Source: Candidatus Stahliibacteriota bacterium (GTDB taxonomy: Bacteria; Hydrothermota; Tepidihabitantia; SM23-42). From it: DNA of 64,000 nt. The first letter of the stretch is position 1. The number at the start of each line of letters is the position of its first letter. Shown here piece after piece: positions 26,979 to 35,557 of this stretch. The translations under genes and the position numbers were made by a program. Location of the stretch: NCBI GenBank assembly GCA_030609135.1, contig JAUWCU010000003.1:55-64054 (forward strand), given 5' to 3'. Below the pieces are notes generated by a model, which was given only the letters and a program-made list of their open reading frames with translations, did not search any database and had not been told where the DNA came from.

Positions 26979-27640
26979 ATAAGGAACGATTCATCAGGTT
27001 TGTCTTTTACTGTCTCGTCATTTGTTTCTTCATCCTCAGTAGTTTCTTGCTCTGCTCCCTCAGTGCTCGGTTCAGGTTCTTGTTCATTGCCAGAAGGTTT
27101 AGTACCAGTGTGTTCCATGGTTGCAATTGCTTCACCAAAATCTTCTTCCCGGGGTAGATCACCCAGTTCTTTTATGCCAAAATATCTTAAGAATTCTTTG
27201 GTCGTGCCATACCTAATTGGTCTACCAGGAACCGGCAGTCTGCCGCATGTTTTAACCAGATTTTTCTGCAGGAGAACGTCTAATATCCAGGTTGAATCAA
27301 CACCCCTTACTTTTTCGATTTCTGGTCTGGTAATAGGTTGGTGGTATGCTATTATTGCAAGGGTTTCCAGTCCAGCTTTTGAAAGCCTGCTCTTGCGGTC
27401 GTGGAGTGCACCGACCCATAGAGCAAATTCTGGTAGGGTGTATATCTGATAGCCTCCAGCGATTTCCTTTATTTCAAAAGCTCGTTGTGACTCGTGATAT
27501 TCTTGATTCAGTTCTTTAACACAGCTGACAATCTCATCTTTTTGTAAATTGGCTATTTCAATGATCTTTTGCAATGTCAAAGGAGCATCAGTTGCTATTA
27601 ATAGTGCTTCTATAGTGCGTTTCATATTAGATCTGTCCAT
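26975..27640 (-). CDS. scpB: segregation and condensation protein B
   Basis: 221 aa with tandem winged-helix ScpB motifs (TLQKIIEIANL..., ITRPEIEKVRGV) and an acidic C-terminal tail. Confidence 0.8.
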   Translation of the reverse strand: MDRSNMKRTIEALLIATDAPLTLQKIIEIANLQKDEIVSCVKELNQEYHESQRAFEIKEIAGGYQIYTLPEFALWVGALHDRKSRLSKAGLETLAIIAYHQPITRPEIEKVRGVDSTWILDVLLQKNLVKTCGRLPVPGRPIRYGTTKEFLRYFGIKELGDLPREEDFGEAIATMEHTGTKPSGNEQEPEPSTEGAEQETTEDEETNDETVKDKPDESFLI

Positions 27641-28813
27641 TTATTTCTCCTTGGTGGCATATAGCGAAATCAATTTATTTACAATCTTATCCCAATTGAA
27701 CCTATCGTCAATGCTTTTCTTAGCCCTCTTCCCCATTTCTTCACGTAGTTTTTTATCAATTGCCAGTCTTCGTATTGCCCTGGCAAGTGCCGGGACGTCG
27801 CCGGGCGGGACAAGAATGCCGTTCACACCATCTTCAACAACATCGGTAATGCCCCCAGCCTTCGAGGCAATAACTGGTTTATAGCAACTCATCGCCTCGA
27901 TCAAGACTACACCAAGACCTTCAATATCGCCTTGTTTATCATATACTGCCGGCAGCACAAAAAAGCCGCATTTTTCATAGTGCCGCAACTTTTCATCAAC
28001 TGAAATCCAGCCGGTAAAATAAACCCGGGAGCGTAGATCAAGACGGTCAACAAGGTTTTCCAGTTCAGGTCGCTCTGCTCCATCGCCGATGATCACTAAT
28101 TTATGGGGTATTTCATTTCTTAGCTCAGCCATGGCCTGTATCAAATACTTGATCCCTTTGCGCTCCACCAGCCGGCCAACAAAAAGAATTTCATTTTCAT
28201 CGCTGATGCTCGATACTCTTTCCGGAACTGCAGCGCTGAACGGTATGACTTCAATTTCACTTTTTATATAACTTCCTAATTCAGTTCTTGTATGGGTAGA
28301 TATCGCAGTAATCGTATCAGACTTATTCAGCAAAATCGAAAGACACTTTGTCAGCCACTTGAATTTTTTCGTGAACCAGCGTATTTCGCGTCCATAAAAA
28401 GTAGAGAATAAGCGGGTTTTACCGGCAATGCGGGCGAATACTCCAAAAATGATATGAGGAAATGGCCAGTGAACGTGAACGATATCATATTTTTCTCTTT
28501 TGACTAATTGGACAATTGCCCAGGTACCAGCTATCATATAGAAAAATATCAGCAGTAGGTTTAAGGGGTTGCGGCTTACCCGGTCGACAACGGTTTCGTC
28601 ATGCGTGAGTTTTTCCAGATTTTTGAAGAAATAACGGAAACGATGAACTTTAACCCGGTCAAGGATCTGATCACGCAAACCTTTGTATGATGAAGTAAAT
28701 ACTTCGACATCGATTTTTTTGTCACGAAGCCGGAGTATTAGCTCGGTAAGCCAGGGGGTTATTACATCCCCTTCATAACGTTTGTAAGCAGTAGTAACAA
28801 ATAATACCTTCAT
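27641..28813 (-). CDS. glycosyltransferase family 4 (GT-B)
   Basis: 390 aa with the GT4 C-terminal motif pattern (GVVLIEAMSCYKPVIASKAGG). Confidence 0.7.
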   Translation of the reverse strand: MKVLFVTTAYKRYEGDVITPWLTELILRLRDKKIDVEVFTSSYKGLRDQILDRVKVHRFRYFFKNLEKLTHDETVVDRVSRNPLNLLLIFFYMIAGTWAIVQLVKREKYDIVHVHWPFPHIIFGVFARIAGKTRLFSTFYGREIRWFTKKFKWLTKCLSILLNKSDTITAISTHTRTELGSYIKSEIEVIPFSAAVPERVSSISDENEILFVGRLVERKGIKYLIQAMAELRNEIPHKLVIIGDGAERPELENLVDRLDLRSRVYFTGWISVDEKLRHYEKCGFFVLPAVYDKQGDIEGLGVVLIEAMSCYKPVIASKAGGITDVVEDGVNGILVPPGDVPALARAIRRLAIDKKLREEMGKRAKKSIDDRFNWDKIVNKLISLYATKEK

Positions 28814-29472
28814 TTCTTAAATTTCCACTTGATCAAGCTCCAGATTGCCTGAATGCCGTCTTTCACACCTATTTTCTTACCTTTTTTGCGTCCGGTGTAG
28901 CTAATCGGTATTTCGACAATTTTCTCTCTTCTTTTCAGGATTTTGCAGGTTATTTCGGGTTCGATCTCAAAATGCGATGAGATTAGGTGTAGATCCCTTA
29001 GGAGATCAGTTTTTATGACCTTATAACATGTCTCCATGTCTGATATATGGCTGCCAAATAAAACATTAGTCAAAAAGGTTAAGAACCGATTCGCAAAATA
29101 ACTTGATTTTAAGAAGCTACCTTTTCCTAAAATTCTTGAACCATACACAACATTTGTTCTTTTTTCTTTAATAGGTTTAATCAGCTGTGGATACTGTTTA
29201 GGTGAATACTCTAAATCAGCATCCTGAATAATAACTATATCTCCAGAGGCAATTTGCAAACCACTTCGGATGGCGGCTCCTTTTCCTCTGTTTTTCTCGT
29301 GAAATATTGTTTTTATTCCTTTTCGCCTTTTCAAAAAATCTCTGGTGCCGTCCACTGAAAAATCATCAACTACGACAATTTCGCGTGCTAAACCTACTTT
29401 TTCGACATCGGTTATTATCGTCTCTATATCGTTCTTCTCATTATATACAGGGATTATCACCGTAACCTCCAT
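28810..29472 (-). CDS. glycosyltransferase family 2 (polyprenol-phosphate sugar transferase-like)
   Basis: 220 aa with a GT-A fold (IPVYNE...VVDDFSVDGT...QDADLEY, a DxD motif). Confidence 0.7.
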   Translation of the reverse strand: MEVTVIIPVYNEKNDIETIITDVEKVGLAREIVVVDDFSVDGTRDFLKRRKGIKTIFHEKNRGKGAAIRSGLQIASGDIVIIQDADLEYSPKQYPQLIKPIKEKRTNVVYGSRILGKGSFLKSSYFANRFLTFLTNVLFGSHISDMETCYKVIKTDLLRDLHLISSHFEIEPEITCKILKRREKIVEIPISYTGRKKGKKIGVKDGIQAIWSLIKWKFKK

Positions 29473-29638
29473 GCCCAGATTATATGGAAAAATCCCTCAA
29501 TGTAAAGTATATTCATAAATCTGACATGTTGTAGTCCTGACAGGCATTTGCAGAGTAAACTCTGCCACTACAGAATGTGCGAAATATCACTGTCCCGCTA
29601 TGCGGGATCTTCGATTTTCCTATAGTGTATGCTAATAT

Positions 29639-29690
29639 GATAAATCCCGCAATTCAATTTATAGAATTACAATACGAAGCGGGATAAATA
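29639..29690. repeat. A-type palindromic element GATAAATCCCGC-[AATTCAATTTATAGAATT]-ACGAAGCGGGATAAAT
   Basis: Copies at 2558-2653 (a tandem pair), 8376-8430, 32245-32294 and 36748-36797 (reverse). Flanked here by a TGTAGTCC...CCACTACA unit (29531-29575) and a cruciform GGAGTGCA...TGCACTCC unit (29703-29750). Confidence 0.7.
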
Positions 29691-29811
29691 GGGCGGAGAG
29701 AGTAGATGGAGTGCAACGGCTTGCCGTTGCATGCAGTAGCAAGCTACTGCACTCCGTAGCAAAATCAAGGGATAAGGGATAAAGATGTGTCCAAGGTTTC
29801 TTAATTAAAAG

Positions 29812-29839
29812 TTGACATTTCGTGCTATATATCTATAAT
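29812..29839 (+). promoter_or_regulatory. sigma70-type promoter TTGACA-16-TATAAT driving tRNA-Glu
   Basis: TTGACA at 29812-29817 and TATAAT at 29834-29839, 7 nt before the tRNA 5' end. The upstream module gggataaagatgtgtccaagg is shared with the 2839 promoter. Confidence 0.55.
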
Positions 29840-29846
29840 ATCCCAC

Positions 29847-29922
29847 GGCGCCATCGTCTAGCTTGGTTTAGGACGTCGCCCTCTCAAGGCGAAGATCACG
29901 GGTTCAAATCCCGTTGGCGCTA
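29847..29922 (+). tRNA. tRNA-Glu (anticodon CTC)
   Basis: Manually folded cloverleaf: acceptor GGCGCCA / TGGCGCT, D-arm GTCT...GGAC, anticodon stem TCGCC / GGCGA with loop CTCTCAA (anticodon CUC), T-arm ACGGG-TTCAAAT-CCCGT. CCA is not encoded, and a T-run follows. Confidence 0.85.
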
Positions 29923-29939
29923 TTTTTTGAAATCGTTTA

Positions 29940-29967
29940 TTGACAAAATGAAGATTTTGCATATAAT
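29940..29967 (+). promoter_or_regulatory. sigma70-type promoter TTGACA-16-TATAAT for the bactofilin operon (36-nt leader with AAGGAGG)
   Basis: TTGACA at 29940-29945, TATAAT at 29962-29967. Confidence 0.5.
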
Positions 29968-30003
29968 TTATGTTAATAAATTACTGATTCAAAGGAGGAT
30001 TGG

Positions 30004-30351
30004 ATGGCGAAAGAAGGTCAGATAGACAGTGTTGTGGGAAAAGGGACTGTTATAAATGGCGATATCAAAGTTGATGGTTCAACTAAAATTGACGGGAAGG
30101 TCAAAGGAAACCTTACAGTAAAAGATAGTCTCTTTGTTGGTAAAAGTTCCGTGATAAAAGGTGATATTTACTGCAAATCAGCAATCATTGGAGGTAAGAT
30201 TCAAGGCAATATCCATATCCAAAACATTGTTGAATTCCAGAGTGGCGCGCAGATGTTTGGTGACATTATTTGCAAAGGCATAATCATCCATGCGGGCGTC
30301 TTTTTTGAAGGTACTTGCCAGATGTCTGAAAAAACAAAGGAAAAGCCGTAG
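30004..30351 (+). CDS. bactofilin (polymer-forming cytoskeletal protein)
   Basis: 115 aa with repetitive beta-helical bactofilin/DUF583 motifs (G.V.G.I.G.L.V.G). Confidence 0.8.
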   Translation: MAKEGQIDSVVGKGTVINGDIKVDGSTKIDGKVKGNLTVKDSLFVGKSSVIKGDIYCKSAIIGGKIQGNIHIQNIVEFQSGAQMFGDIICKGIIIHAGVFFEGTCQMSEKTKEKP

Positions 30352-31173
30352 ATGATAATCAAGTTGTACGGAACAAGAGGTTCCATAGCAGTTGCTAATA
30401 AAGAAACTAAAAAATACGGCGGCAATACGACTTGTCTATATGTTGAATCGAATTCGGGTGATGTAATAGTAGTTGACGCGGGGACTGGTATCCGGCTATT
30501 AGGTGTTCATCTAATACAGGAGAAGAAGGGCAAGATAAATATGCTATTCACCCATTATCACTGGGATCATATTCAGGGCTTTCCCTTTTTTACACCGATA
30601 TTTTTGCCTAGTTCAGTTATAGATATTTACGGTTCATCAAAAATGACAGATCCAAAAAAGGCTTTGTCGTATCAAATGACTCGACCGTACTTTCCCGCAG
30701 TATTGTCTGAATTACCTTCTAAAATCACATTCAAAACCTTAAAGAATAAATTAACTATCGGAGATATAGAAATTCAGACCATTATAAATAACCATCCAGA
30801 TCAAGCCTTAGGCATCAGATTTACTGAAGGCAAGAACTCGTTTGCCTTTTTAACGGACAACGAGCTTTTTGACGAGAATGGCAATACTCCATACAAAAAA
30901 TTCGTTGATTTCATAAAAGGTGTAAATTTCTTCATACATGACGCACAATACAAAGACGATATCTATAAAAAAAGATTGGGCTGGGGTCATTCAACGTACA
31001 GTCAAGTCATGAAGCTTGCTGAGGATGCTGGTGTAAGAAATGTTATGTTTACCCACCACGATCACGGCAGTATTGATAAATGCATAGATGGCATTGTGAA
31101 AGGGTACCGGGGTAAATATCCCAAATACAACATTCAAGCCGCCGCCGACGGTAAGACAATCATTTTAAAATAG
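30352..31173 (+). CDS. MBL-fold metallo-hydrolase
   Basis: HYHWDH (HxHxDH) metal-binding motif. The ATG immediately follows the bactofilin stop codon (TAGATG). Confidence 0.7.
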   Translation: MIIKLYGTRGSIAVANKETKKYGGNTTCLYVESNSGDVIVVDAGTGIRLLGVHLIQEKKGKINMLFTHYHWDHIQGFPFFTPIFLPSSVIDIYGSSKMTDPKKALSYQMTRPYFPAVLSELPSKITFKTLKNKLTIGDIEIQTIINNHPDQALGIRFTEGKNSFAFLTDNELFDENGNTPYKKFVDFIKGVNFFIHDAQYKDDIYKKRLGWGHSTYSQVMKLAEDAGVRNVMFTHHDHGSIDKCIDGIVKGYRGKYPKYNIQAAADGKTIILK

Positions 31174-31182
31174 AAACGTATA

Positions 31183-31950
31183 GTGAAACCCAAGGTTTTA
31201 GTTCTTCGAGCCGCTGGGACAAATTGTGATGTCGAAACAGCTTATGCCTTTAAGATCGCCGGTGCGGAAATTGAAAGCGTATATATAGATGAACTTGAAC
31301 ACCGACAACTAACCGATTACCAAATTATCGCTCTGTCTGGTGGGTTTACTTATGGTGATGATATTGCAGCCGGGAAAATCCTTGCCAATGAGATCAAATA
31401 TAAATTCCGGGATAAGTTTCTTGAGTTTATTGAGCTGGATAATTTGATAATTGGAATCTGTAATGGCTTTCAAGTATTGGTGAAATGCGGGATTTTACCT
31501 GCTTTTGATGAAAGCTTTGAAGCACAATCAGTGAGCCTGATAAGTAATGATTCTGAACGCTTTGAGGATCGTTGGGTCCATCTGAAGGTCTACAGTAATA
31601 GGTCGATTTTCACTAAGGGAATGAAATCAATAATAACCCTTCCAGTAGCCCATGCTGAGGGCAAATTTGTTGTTAAGGATGACGACATTCTAAAACAAAT
31701 CCAAGAACATATTGTTTTCCAGTATGTTGACAAAAAAGGTAATGAAGCCGGTTATCCATTCAACCCAAATGGTTCAATACTTGGTGTCGCTGGCATAACT
31801 GATCAAACCGGTAGAATTCTTGGGTTGATGCCGCATCCAGAACGGCATATTTCGTTTTTGCAACACCCCAATCATACCCGGGAAAAACTCGATGAAACCG
31901 GTGATGGGCTGCGGATTTTTGAAAATGCAGTTAAGTACTTTGAGGTATAA
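31183..31950 (+). CDS. purQ: phosphoribosylformylglycinamidine synthase subunit PurQ-like class-I glutamine amidotransferase (GTG start)
   Basis: Catalytic ICNGFQ (Cys nucleophile) and LGLMPHPER (His/Glu) match PurQ. N-terminal VLVLRAAGTNCD resembles the PurQ VAVVVFPGSNCD block. Confidence 0.6.
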   Translation: MKPKVLVLRAAGTNCDVETAYAFKIAGAEIESVYIDELEHRQLTDYQIIALSGGFTYGDDIAAGKILANEIKYKFRDKFLEFIELDNLIIGICNGFQVLVKCGILPAFDESFEAQSVSLISNDSERFEDRWVHLKVYSNRSIFTKGMKSIITLPVAHAEGKFVVKDDDILKQIQEHIVFQYVDKKGNEAGYPFNPNGSILGVAGITDQTGRILGLMPHPERHISFLQHPNHTREKLDETGDGLRIFENAVKYFEV

Positions 31951-32137
31951 ACAAGTGTTTTTTAACAGAATTATTAATAGCTATCATTATGGTGAGTTCT
32001 CGACAAGCCCCGTTAAATAATAGAGATCGATTTATGATAGAAGCAAAAAAGCGGGTTTAATGAGATGATAGATTTACTCGGAGGTGTAATATCTTGTATT
32101 TAACAGGGCAAGCTATCTCGATTTTACTCGATACAGG

Positions 32138-32405
32138 TCGAACAATAATGATTTTATACTTCGAGCGACCATGAGTTTTACGAATGAGAGTCGAGAATCG
32201 AGCGTTAATAATTGTAGTTGTCCAATTTATTGGACAAAACCTGATAAATCCCGCAATCCTATTCATAACATCATAACACGAAGCGGGATAAATCACCTGT
32301 CTGCGTGCGATGCACAGGCAGGCCTGTCTACCTCAGGCAGAGGCGACTCGAACAATAATGATTTTATACTTCGAGCGACCATGAGCTTTACGAATGAGAG
32401 TCGAT
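32138..32405. mobile_element. composite TGTAGT-type MITE (about 134 bp, C+A+B modules) flanked by 59-bp near-perfect direct repeats
   Basis: The direct repeats are 32138-32196 and 32347-32405 (tcgaacaataatgattttatacttcgagcgaccatgag(t/c)tttacgaatgagagtcga). The core at 32213-32346 starts TGTAGTTGTCCAATTTATTGGAC and ends GGCAGAGGCGAC. The 78-aa track ORF MSFTNESR...MSFTNESR is an artefact of this duplication. Confidence 0.6.
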
Positions 32406-32578
32406 AAGTACCATTCTGTCATTGCCTGGCTTGACCAGGCAATCCAGAATACCTATTCCGGGATCATTCGGCTAAACCGTATGATGACGACTAAAAATTT
32501 TTTGGATTTGATCATTGGAATTTGTTTAAGATTTAGAATTTTGATTTTGGGATTTACCGAACGAAGTGAGGTGTCATT

Positions 32579-32890
32579 ATGGATGGTTACTTAAAAGAAC
32601 ATCCGATTTTAGAATTCAAACGCGGCAAAAAAATTAAGTTCTTTTTCGAAGACCGGGAAATCGAGGGCTATGAAGGACTTCCTATAGCCGCCGCGTTACA
32701 TGCAGCCGGTATTAAGGTGCTCAGTTTCTCAGAAAGGTATAATCGACCCCGAGGGTTCTTTTGTGCAGTTGGCAAATGCTCTTCTTGTTTAATGGAGGTT
32801 GATGGTCATTCCAATGTAATGGTTTGCATGGAATTACTAAAACCAGGTATGAAAGTGCGTCGGCAAAAAGGAAAAAGTCAGAAACAATGA
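32579..32890 (+). CDS. 2Fe-2S cluster-binding small subunit (sarcosine-oxidase-alpha N-terminal / HcnA / OoxA-like)
   Basis: 103 aa with the Cys pattern CAVGKCSSC...C; its stop overlaps the next ATG (ATGA). Confidence 0.6.
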   Translation: MDGYLKEHPILEFKRGKKIKFFFEDREIEGYEGLPIAAALHAAGIKVLSFSERYNRPRGFFCAVGKCSSCLMEVDGHSNVMVCMELLKPGMKVRRQKGKSQKQ

Positions 32891-34026
32891 ATTCAAGCGC
32901 CAAGAACCAAGACCCAAGACCCAAAAATAACATTCAAAACTTCTCATCTTCAGAATTTCCTAACTTCGATATTTGTATTATCGGCGGCGGTCCTGCAGGT
33001 CTTGAAGCCGGGATCATTGCACGTAGGCTCGGAGCCAAGGTTATGATAATCGATGATAACCCAGTGCTCGGTGGACAATTAATCAAGCAGACGCACAAGT
33101 TTTTCGGCTCTAAAGCGCATTATTGCGGTGTAAGAGGCGTTGATATAGCAGGTATTCTCAGCAAAGAGATTAAGGATTTAGGTTTTGACGTTCTCCACAA
33201 TGCAACTGTAGTTGGGTATTATGATGATGATATCATCGGTGTGCTGCAACATGATAAATTGTTGTCAGTAAAGGCAAGGGCGTACATTTTTGCAACCGGG
33301 GCTAGTGAAAACATGCTCGCCTTTGACAACGCAGATTTACCTGGTGTTTATGGCGCTGGTGCTGTACAGACCATGATGAATGTCTATGGTGTTGTGCCCG
33401 GGAAAAGAGCGGTGGTAATCGGGTCTGGTAATATCGGCTTGATTGTTCCTTATCAGTTGCTGCAGGCTGGTGTTGAGGTGGCGGCAATTATAGAAATCAT
33501 GGATAAAGTCGGTGGTTATTATGTTCACGCGGCAAAGCTAAAAAGAGCCGGTGTACCGATTATCCTCAAACACACAATTATCCAAGCCCAGGGTAGAGAT
33601 TGTGTTGAAGCTGCACTTATCAGCAAGGTCGACGGAAAATATAAGTGCCTGCCCGGTACAGAAAAAACAATTGAGTGCGACATGATTCTGATTGCGATCG
33701 GTCTTTCGCCACTCTGCGAATTGCTCTACCAGGCAGGATGTCGTATAGATTATATCCCTGAGCTTGGCGGTCATGTACCCCTTCACAATGAAGACATGAT
33801 GACTACCCAGAAAAACATCTTTGTGTGCGGTGATCTGGCGTGTATTGAGGAAGCGTCTACGGCTATGCTCGAAGGCAAGATTGCCGGAGCCAAGGCGCAT
33901 GAAGTTATATACGGCGAGACCAAGCAGGGTAAAGAGATTGCCCAACAGGCAAAAAGAGAACTCGCGGTTATTCGGTCTTCTCCATTTGAACAAAGGATTA
34001 CTTACGGTCTGAATAAGTTGAAGTAG
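32887..34026 (+). CDS. FAD/NAD(P)-binding pyridine-nucleotide-disulfide-family oxidoreductase (HcnB / opine-oxidase-A-like)
   Basis: Two Rossmann dinucleotide motifs (IIGGGPAGLEAG and VIGSGNIGL). Start set at ATG 32887, which overlaps the upstream stop; the track ORF from 32824 is in the same frame. Confidence 0.65.
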   Translation: MNSSAKNQDPRPKNNIQNFSSSEFPNFDICIIGGGPAGLEAGIIARRLGAKVMIIDDNPVLGGQLIKQTHKFFGSKAHYCGVRGVDIAGILSKEIKDLGFDVLHNATVVGYYDDDIIGVLQHDKLLSVKARAYIFATGASENMLAFDNADLPGVYGAGAVQTMMNVYGVVPGKRAVVIGSGNIGLIVPYQLLQAGVEVAAIIEIMDKVGGYYVHAAKLKRAGVPIILKHTIIQAQGRDCVEAALISKVDGKYKCLPGTEKTIECDMILIAIGLSPLCELLYQAGCRIDYIPELGGHVPLHNEDMMTTQKNIFVCGDLACIEEASTAMLEGKIAGAKAHEVIYGETKQGKEIAQQAKRELAVIRSSPFEQRITYGLNKLK

Positions 34027-34220
34027 CTGCAAATACGTCTTCAACAATTCAACAGGACTATTGTCATTACGAGTGTAGTCGAGAACCCTCAACATGATTA
34101 TTGTTCCTCTCACCTTGTTCGAGACAGGCGAGCGAAGTTGAGAACTTCCGCAATATGGGTGATGGCCCTAGATAAAAATGTCATTGCGAAGGCGTAGCCT
34201 GAAGCAATCTCACCTCCTTT

Positions 34221-34324
34221 TGTCAATCAAGCGCGTGAGGGCATAGTATTTGTAGTGGTCGAGTTTACTCGACAAACATCCCTGCACGCTACGGTATTTG
34301 TGCAGAGCAAGCTCTGCCACTACA
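34221..34324. repeat. D-type REP element: TGTAGTGG-[TCGAGTTTACTCGA]-CAAACATCCC-[TGCACGCTACGGTATTTGTGCA]-GAGCAAGCTCTGCCACTACA with a conserved 30-bp upstream arm
   Basis: Near-identical copies at 36388-36478 and 36961-37062. A partial inverted composite lies at 39048-39180. The perfect 8-bp termini are TGTAGTGG / CCACTACA. Confidence 0.75.
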
Positions 34325-34473
34325 TATGTTGGGGTAGGTCTTTACACGAGCGGGACTCTGTTTCATGTCATTGCGAATCCGCCGCGTCATATAGCGGACA
34401 AAGTCCCGCAATGCAAGGATCCTCGATTTTCATTTATTAGAAATATATAGTACGGAAAATCGGGATAGTCTCA

Positions 34474-34501
34474 TTGACAGCCCAATTTTTCTCTATATAA
34501 T
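34474..34501 (+). promoter_or_regulatory. sigma70-type promoter TTGACA-16-TATAAT, leaderless (ATG 8 nt after the -10)
   Basis: TTGACA at 34474-34479, TATAAT at 34496-34501, ATG at 34510. Confidence 0.5.
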
Positions 34502-34509
34502 ACCATGTT

Positions 34510-35526
34510 ATGAATGCAATAGAAGTCATAAAATCAGTTGCTGGTCTTGGCGGTCTCAGTTTGATTTTTGGTATTGTTCTGGCTGTTGCATTTAAGAAAC
34601 TCGCGGTCAAAGTTAGTGAACAAGAGCAGAAACTGAGAGATGCTTTGCCAGGTACAAATTGCGGTGCCTGTGGTTTCCCGGGTTGTGATGCCTATGCCCA
34701 TGCCTTAGCTGAAAATACTGGTGAGGTAGCGTCAAACCTCTGCACCGTCGGTGGTGCTGAAACAATTAGGAAAATCGGCGAAATCCTGGGCATTGAGGTT
34801 GAGGCAGCAGAACCAATGATGTGTGTATTACGATGCCGGGGCGGTAGGGAAAACGCAGTTGAAAAGTTTGAGTATATAGGGCCAGGTGATTGCCGAAGCA
34901 ATTACATCCTCTTGGGCGGTAATAAAGCATGTGAGTGGGGGTGTTTGGGCGGTGGTCACTGTGAGACTGTTTGTCCATTTGACGCCATTACAATGGGGCC
35001 GAATCGTCTACCTATTATTGATCCACACAAATGCACGGCATGTGGTATTTGCGTAAAAGAGTGTCCGCGTCAGGTACTTGAGTTACTACCCCGCGTTCAA
35101 TTGATATACTTGGCCTGTAAAACTCTGGATAAAGGTAAAGTGGTCAAAAATGTCTGCAAGGTTGGTTGTATTGGTTGTACCCTCTGTGTTAAGTCCTGTC
35201 CTTATGAAGGAGCAATACAAATGGATGGTAATCTTCCCAAGATGGACTATACCAAGTGTATATCATGTGGTATTTGTTATAATAAATGCCCTACCAAATC
35301 ATTTGTTGACCGTGCTCCAGCGCGACCTTATGCGATTATTTCTTCAAAGTGCGATGGCTGTGGAGAATGCGTAAAAGTATGTTTGTTCAAGGCAATTGAG
35401 GGAAAACCAGGAAAACGCCACACCGTGATAAAAGATAAGTGCATAGGCTGTGGCAGGTGTTTTGAAGTTTGTCCGATAAAAGTTATTACCATGGCTGGCG
35501 CCTTGGGATATGTAGAAACAGCATAG
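34510..35526 (+). CDS. membrane-anchored RnfB-like polyferredoxin (RnfB N-terminal Fe-S domain plus at least four 4Fe-4S ferredoxin motifs)
   Basis: N-terminal TM helix followed by PGTNCGACGFPGCDAYA (the RnfB signature). Multiple CxxCxxCxxxCP motifs follow (CTACGICVKECP, CIGCTLCVKSCP, CISCGICYNKCP, CDGCGECVKVC, CIGCGRCFEVCP). Confidence 0.65.
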   Translation: MNAIEVIKSVAGLGGLSLIFGIVLAVAFKKLAVKVSEQEQKLRDALPGTNCGACGFPGCDAYAHALAENTGEVASNLCTVGGAETIRKIGEILGIEVEAAEPMMCVLRCRGGRENAVEKFEYIGPGDCRSNYILLGGNKACEWGCLGGGHCETVCPFDAITMGPNRLPIIDPHKCTACGICVKECPRQVLELLPRVQLIYLACKTLDKGKVVKNVCKVGCIGCTLCVKSCPYEGAIQMDGNLPKMDYTKCISCGICYNKCPTKSFVDRAPARPYAIISSKCDGCGECVKVCLFKAIEGKPGKRHTVIKDKCIGCGRCFEVCPIKVITMAGALGYVETA

Positions 35527-35557
35527 TGTTAGAACATCAGGCTATCAGAGGATCAGG

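Noticed and set aside
29822-30025. 67-aa ORF in the track (MLYIYNIPRRHRLAWFRTS...)
   Set aside because: It overlaps the tRNA-Glu gene and its promoter on the same strand, so it is an ORF-caller artefact.
32171-32407. 78-aa ORF beginning and ending with MSFTNESR
   Set aside because: It is an artefact of the 59-bp direct repeats flanking the composite MITE. It has no RBS and a repeat-derived sequence.
33538-34113. 191-aa minus-strand ORF antisense to the FAD oxidoreductase gene
   Set aside because: It is fully antisense to a well-supported CDS that has Rossmann motifs, and it has no motif content or RBS of its own. It is spurious.
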